The notes beneath the pieces are model-generated. The model was not told where the DNA came from. It saw only the letters and a list, made by a program, of their open reading frames with translations, and made no database searches. The position numbers were made by a program, and so were the translations under genes. Shown here piece by piece: positions 58,493 through 64,000 of a stretch of DNA of 64,000 bases. Source of the DNA: Paraspadella gotoi (taxonomy: Eukaryota > Animalia > Chaetognatha); the NCBI GenBank assembly GCA_051294375.1, contig CM119265.1:14128124-14192123 (forward strand). The letters are read 5' to 3'. Within the stretch, counting starts at the first letter, position 1. The number at the start of each line of letters is the position of its first letter.

Positions 58493-59207
58493 TTTTTAGT
58501 CGGATCTGCTTATAAGCAGATCCCGACTCTATAATTCACTTTGTCGGTCCATAGGTCCGCCCCCTCAATATTGTCGGGCAACCACATATATCATGTCAGA
58601 ATATCGAATTACGATAAATTATGCCAAAAAAAAAACGATGTCCGTCTGTCCATCCATCCGTCCGTCCATCCGTCCATCCCACCTTAGCAAAAAACTCCAA
58701 TTACTCAAGATTGGATGGATGGATTAGAATGAAATTTTGTGTGTGGGTAAGGAAGTGTGTGATTGAGCTGGATATGAAGTTTCGATGGAATCGTGCAATG
58801 GAAAATAGTTTAAATGGAAAAAACAAAAAAATATATTTCACTATTTGAAATTGTGTATGTGGGTAGGAAAGTGTGTGATTAAGCTGGAAATCAAGTTTCA
58901 ATGTTTCTGAGTGGAAATTAGTTTAAATGGAAAAAAAAACCTGTTTCATTAATTGATTATGCTTCTTTTTATTTTTATATTAAATGTAAATACAAGATGT
59001 ATTAATTAATTAAATAATTAATCAGTTAATTAATCAATTAGTTAATTAATTAATAAATAATTAATTAATCAGTTAATTAATCAATCAAAACAAACATTTT
59101 GGACAAAATTAATTAATTAATTGCCTAATTAACTTGAATTAATTAATTATTAATTAATTACCGATAATGATCATGGGCAGATCCGACATTGTTTGCTCAA
59201 ACTTGTT
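58493..59207 (+). mobile_element. Non-autonomous Helentron (HINE/DINE-1-like) element
   Basis: T-run start, subterminal inverted repeats GTCGGATCTGC / GCAGATCCGAC, 5' hairpin GATCTGCTTATAAGCAGATC, internal (GTCC/ATCC)n, 3' end AAACTTGTT. The same 3' end recurs at 33595-33641. Confidence 0.78.
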
Positions 59208-60165
59208 ATCAATCGATCTTCTCGATAAAATCTTTATCACGGAGTCGCTCCAAATGTAACAATTCTTCCTCTTTGGTTTTGCCTCGGTGAAGTTTAAAAA
59301 GTTCCTCACATTTTCGATTTAACCTTTCCCCTTTATTTTCGATTTCGATCACTGCGTTTTGGTTTTCAATCGAAGTGATTATTCTCTCCCGGTTCACTCA
59401 ATACAGCTATATATAATATAGCTAGCTGTATAGAGTATAGGTCTAAAAAAATGGGGAATTCTCAAAGATTCACTTTTAAAAAATTCGCTCAGAGAAAAGG
59501 TTGACAAATTTTAGTCTTCGCATCGTAACGACGTGAAAGACCACGCCCCAGCTCTGTGAACCATTTCACCCTCTTATCTTAATTATAGTTTAACGTAATG
59601 TTCACTGATAGACTAACAGATAGAGGGACAGACTGTCCGAAAAGAAAGATACAGTAAGATACGTGACTTAAGAATCGGATGACCTGGAAGCCAAATGATA
59701 ATTAGAACAATAATGATTGATTGATAACTATTTATTTTTATTATGATCGATTGATTGATTAATTGATAATAGTGAAGTATACAGGCAAAATAAGAATATT
59801 TTCTAAAAGTTTGAAAAACTGAATAATTCATCACCCTAAGGATAAAAAAACCCTGGAAGAAGAGACGTAAAACAATAAAAGAGAAAAAAATTAAAATTAA
59901 ATTTTCACGAAGAAGAGGGGACGAAGAATAACAAAATTTAAAAAAAGAATAAAAGAATAACAAGACTAATAAAATTTTTGCCCAAGAAAAATAAAATGGA
60001 CTAGGCGCCGGAATTAAAGAATTTTCTCCATGACGAGGGTTCAGTTTATCGTTGGATTGATTGACTGATTGTTTAGGTTTTATCTTTTCTTTTATCTTTT
60101 CTTTATCTTTTCTGTCCTGAGCTTAAGATCGGATTGACGAATTGTCTTGGAAAATGAAACTTAGT

Positions 60166-61140
60166 AGGGTAGTCTGGTGATTTTTTATTTTTATTAAGAA
60201 AATTTTTTTTCACCTGCTGTCATGTAGCAGACATCGTTAGCTTTCATATGATACCTCACGTGAAGCATTAAAATTATTTTATGATAGCATTATGACATAA
60301 AAAAATTGTGATAATTTTTTTCTGCCAGGCCTCGTAGACACAGCTAAATCTTAAAATTTAAAAATCTGATAATACAGTCTTTTAGCCCTATGTCAGTAGT
60401 TTTTAAATCAGGGGGAACAAAATTTGAACTCCTAAATTATCATATTTAAATCATATGTTTTTTTATTTTTTTGTTTTCAACAAAATTATAATCATTATCC
60501 TTAGTAATTATATAACCATTTGAGGTATAGAAAATTTTTGTTTATATCAGAAACATAATTCAATCTTTTTTCTCTTTCAGAATATATATTTATTTATTTT
60601 TTTTAATGTGGCCAAGTGTGTTTAATTTAATTTCAAAAATTATATGAAAAAGATGCCCCATAATTATGGCTTTAATATGATACCAGTCTCATCGTTCTAT
60701 CATTTTTGGTTCAAAAGATATCAAAGAAAATCACTTTTTTTATTACCAATTAAGTCTCTCGGCCGAAGTTAAAAATTTAAGTGGAACCAAACTAAACAAC
60801 TTGCTTTCTATGCGCGTCTACGTAGGTCAATTTTAAAAACAGATTTGGAATCCTCAAACGCATATTTACGAGTAACCTGACGACATCAAGCGACGGAAGT
60901 TTGGTTCTCTTACTATATCAAAAATAAAAATTAATTCAAATATTTTTAGTGAATATCTATCGATTTCAATGAAAAAAAGGCACTAGATATATTACATGTG
61001 ATTGAACAATGTTATCGCAATAATAATTTTATCAATTTTATATATTTTGTAAGTATTTTAAGTATTTTTATTCAGTGAGTAAAATAACAACTTTTTTATT
61101 CGCTAATTTTTATCTCGGACGCTTAACGCCAGACTTCCCT
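60166..61140. mobile_element. 975-bp non-autonomous DNA transposon with 9-bp TSD
   Basis: AAACTTAGT at 60157-60165 and 61141-61149 flanks TIRs AGGGTAGTCTGG / CCAGACTTCCCT; internal repeated CTTT(C/A)ATATGATACC motifs. Confidence 0.82.
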
Positions 61141-62485
61141 AAACTTAGTTCTTTTAAGAATACATGATGAGCGGGGTTATGTCCAACAAATATTTCGCAA
61201 CAGGAAAAAATCTTCATGAATAATAATAGGAATTGAGCTAGAATTAAGCAGAAATAAAAATAAGATTTTGAGAGAAGATTTTAAAAAAGAGAATGAGAGA
61301 GAGAGAGAGAGATAAGCCGGATATTGCTGATGAATAACGAAATCTCTCACAGCAAGGCCACAAAAGCAGGTGTGGTTCACATTAACTCACGCACTGAAAA
61401 ACCAAAACGATTTCGAGAGGAACAACAAATAAGCAACAGAAGAAAGTTCCGCCGATCGGGAAAAAAACTCGGCCGGAATTAATTGGGCGTCTTCCTAAAT
61501 GTCAAAACAGACTCGCGTCGCGACTCGAATCGCGACGCATGTTTATTGAGTCGGCTATTACTTTCATTCATTCATTCACTCTCTCTCTCTCTCTCTCATA
61601 TCTCTCTCTCTTCGTTGCTCTCTCATTTCTCTCCTCTCCTCTCTCTCATCTCTCTCTTCTCTCTCTTTCCACTTATAGACGCCGCGCATTTTTGCCCCGA
61701 AAAATCTAAATATCAAATGAAATAAGAAAGAATCTTCTCCGAAATTCCTTCTCGCTCGAATATTTCGTCGGTCGACGAGAAAAAAATTCTCTCGTTTGTT
61801 TTACTCCCGATTTTCGGGCGTGAAGGTTAAGAGGGATCGAGAATTTTCGGAGGAGAAAGTATAAATTAAAAAAAAAAAAAGGATCGTGGAAAATATTACC
61901 AGGATTGTTCTCTTACTGCGGGAGAAGCTAAAGCCTAAAGTACATCATCCAAAAAACGGGAAAGCTTTTAGTCTTATCTTCAACTTACTTTCCTATCCCA
62001 CCTCTCGCCCTCGATTCCTCATTAGGATCGGCCATTTTCTCTGATTCTGTCATTTCCTTCCTTTCTCCTCATCTCAACCTCCCCTCGCTTTCCAAGTCCC
62101 TGAGACCCTATTATTAATCTTATTTGGAAGATTCATCATCTCGTTTTATTCGCGCTTCTTTCGTCGACAAAATTGTCATTTCTCATCAAACGACAAAATT
62201 GTCATTTCTCATCAAACGACAAAATAATGATGGATTCGATCGAAGCCGTCGAGGTCGTTGACGAGAAACTTGACGCATTGCCCGTCGCCGCCGATTCCGA
62301 TTCCTCCTTTGAAACCTCCTTTCCACTTTTTAGTCGACTTTTCAAATTTGTAATGCCATCTCAAACTATTTCTCCTCTTCCTCCATTCTCTCTTCTTCTT
62401 CTTCATTCTCCTCTTCTCCCTCCGTCTCTTGCTCCTCCTCTTCCTCCATCTCTTCCTCCGCCATCCTCTCTTCTTCTTCTTCCTC

Positions 62486-64000
62486 CTACTGCACCGGCGA
62501 GTCGACGTCCGCAATCCCCGATTTCTCGCAAAAGATTCTCATGTCGTGGATTTCATCCCAATCCGACCACCACATGGAACCCTCCCCCCAGTCTTTGTCA
62601 AGCTGGTGGGGATCCCCGGCGGAGAGATCCAGCATTGGAATGATGGCCTGGTGATGGTCATCGTCGCCTCTACCCAAGGCGGCCTGTGCCTTTTCAAGGT
62701 TAGACGTCTTGGCCACGATTGTTTTACCGTTCTTCCCTTCTTTCACTGCGCAAAACCAGGATTCAAGATCTAGAAAAAAAAGAAGCCTTTTTTTTTTTAA
62801 TGATTCAAGATTTCAAGATTCAACTTCAGTCGAACGTTTGAACTAATTTTTTTTTTTTCTGATAAGTAAACAGAGCAAACAAATAATTGCGGGAACTAGT
62901 TATGATGTTTTTAATTGTGTCGGGGCGCAACCCAGGACCATTCTTGTTTTCATACTATATTCTTTTGCGATACAATTAATGGTTAATTTTAATATTCAAC
63001 CCCTTATCCAAATACAGGGCTCTAGGGCTGCACTCCCAGAAGGCCGGCAAAAAATGCTCAAAATTTTTTTTTAGAAAGTTCGTTTTTTCGTTAGGATATT
63101 GCATTGATGTCTTAATCTTATAAAAACATTTTTAAATCAATATTAATAAATTTCAGTTTATAAGTGGTCTTGATTTTTTTTAAATTGAAAATATATTTTA
63201 GTTTATAATAGTGGTCATGAGTTTTATAAAATTGGAAAAAAAATTGGACCCGTTCCATTGCTGCCGAGCTTACCTAGCGCCTTATCCACAATGTTACTGT
63301 AAATCTATATTATAATTGATGAGCAACATATTTTATTACGCTTGACCGCGAACAAAAAATATATACACTTTTACCAGTTCAATCAAAGACCTGGCCCTAT
63401 AACCTCACCTGGCATGCCCGAGTCTTCACAAGCACGCCTCATTTCTCTAATATGATCCCAATCTTTCCACCATATAGAGCCTTCTTCCCAGTCTCTGTCA
63501 AGCACATGGGGATCTCCAGAAAAATTATCCAGCATTGGAATGACGGACTGGGGGTTACTATCGGCGCCATGTGACAAGGCGGCCTGTGCCTTCTCAACGA
63601 TCGATGTCTTTGCCGTGATTATCATAGCTTCTCCGCGTTGGATCACCGAGCAAAACCAGTAATGAGGCTCTGAAAAGTTGTTAGGAAATAATTTATTGCA
63701 TCTGACCAACTTACCAGTTTGCTGTAAAATGCTCAAAATCTTTACATCATAAAATCATTGGCTTTAAACGTATATGCAGTTTACATAATTTACATAGATA
63801 CTGAATCAATCAAAGAACTTGCTTGCTTGTCTCACCCGGTGTGCCAGATTTTTCACAGACTTTTCTCATCTTGCAGATGTGATTCCAATCCCACCACCAC
63901 ATATTACCCTCCCCCCAGTCCTTGACGAGCTGGTGGGGATCCCCGGCAATTCCATCTATCATTGGAATTATGGCCTGGGGATGTTCTCTGTCGCCTTTCG
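62486..64000 (-). CDS. 3' part of a tandem-module protein of unknown family; exons >64000-63836, 63669-63409, 62769-62486
   Basis: Three homologous exons joined by phase-1 GT-AG introns. Shared pattern WFCxV...AKTSxxEKAQAAL..G....Q.(I/V)IPM.D...GDPH.L..DW.EG..WW.DW..I..MR..CE.SG. Frames stay open despite high nucleotide divergence. Confidence 0.9.

Noticed and set aside
61300-61352. CTGATGA...GAAA hammerhead-like core with a possible stem III from the AG repeat
   Set aside because: Stems I and II cannot form; chance match.
62165-62225. 26-bp direct repeat CGACAAAATTGTCATTTCTCATCAAA (CRISPR-like length)
   Set aside because: Simple tandem duplication without spacers, in a eukaryotic 3' flank.
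62366-62488. Genome-wide TAG reassignment as an explanation of the poly-Glu extension
   Set aside because: None of the modelled coding exons contains an internal TAG; one case is better explained by mutation or readthrough.

Overview
AT-rich, microsatellite-dense invertebrate (metazoan) genomic DNA with short spliceosomal introns and no visible CpG depletion. Most ORFs in the supplied track are artefacts of (AG)n, (ATT)n or (GAC)n repeats. Manual GT-AG splicing gives four well-supported protein genes. (1) A 6-exon, ~622-aa membrane-anchored death-domain protein (29792-33820, +) with almost no ectodomain, an N-terminal AVPW IAP-binding-like motif, a CD40-type PVQET TRAF motif and a RHIM-like segment. 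(2) An arrowhead/Lhx6-8 LIM-homeobox gene (42159-46446, +). (3) A 6-exon, 369-aa type II membrane protein with a segmented coiled-coil stalk and a C-terminal F5/8C/discoidin-like domain (48566-50642, +). (4) The 3' end of a gene built from tandem ~87-aa Trp-rich modules that I do not recognise, one per phase-1 exon (62486-64000, -). The window also holds a U2 snRNA gene, a probable long minus-strand transcription unit with a small coding exon at 5175-5297, a truncated LINE, tandem hAT-type MITEs sharing one target site, a 9-bp-TSD MITE, a Helentron-type (HINE) element, SINE-like repeats and tRNA-derived fragments. All calls were made by eye; no searches were run.
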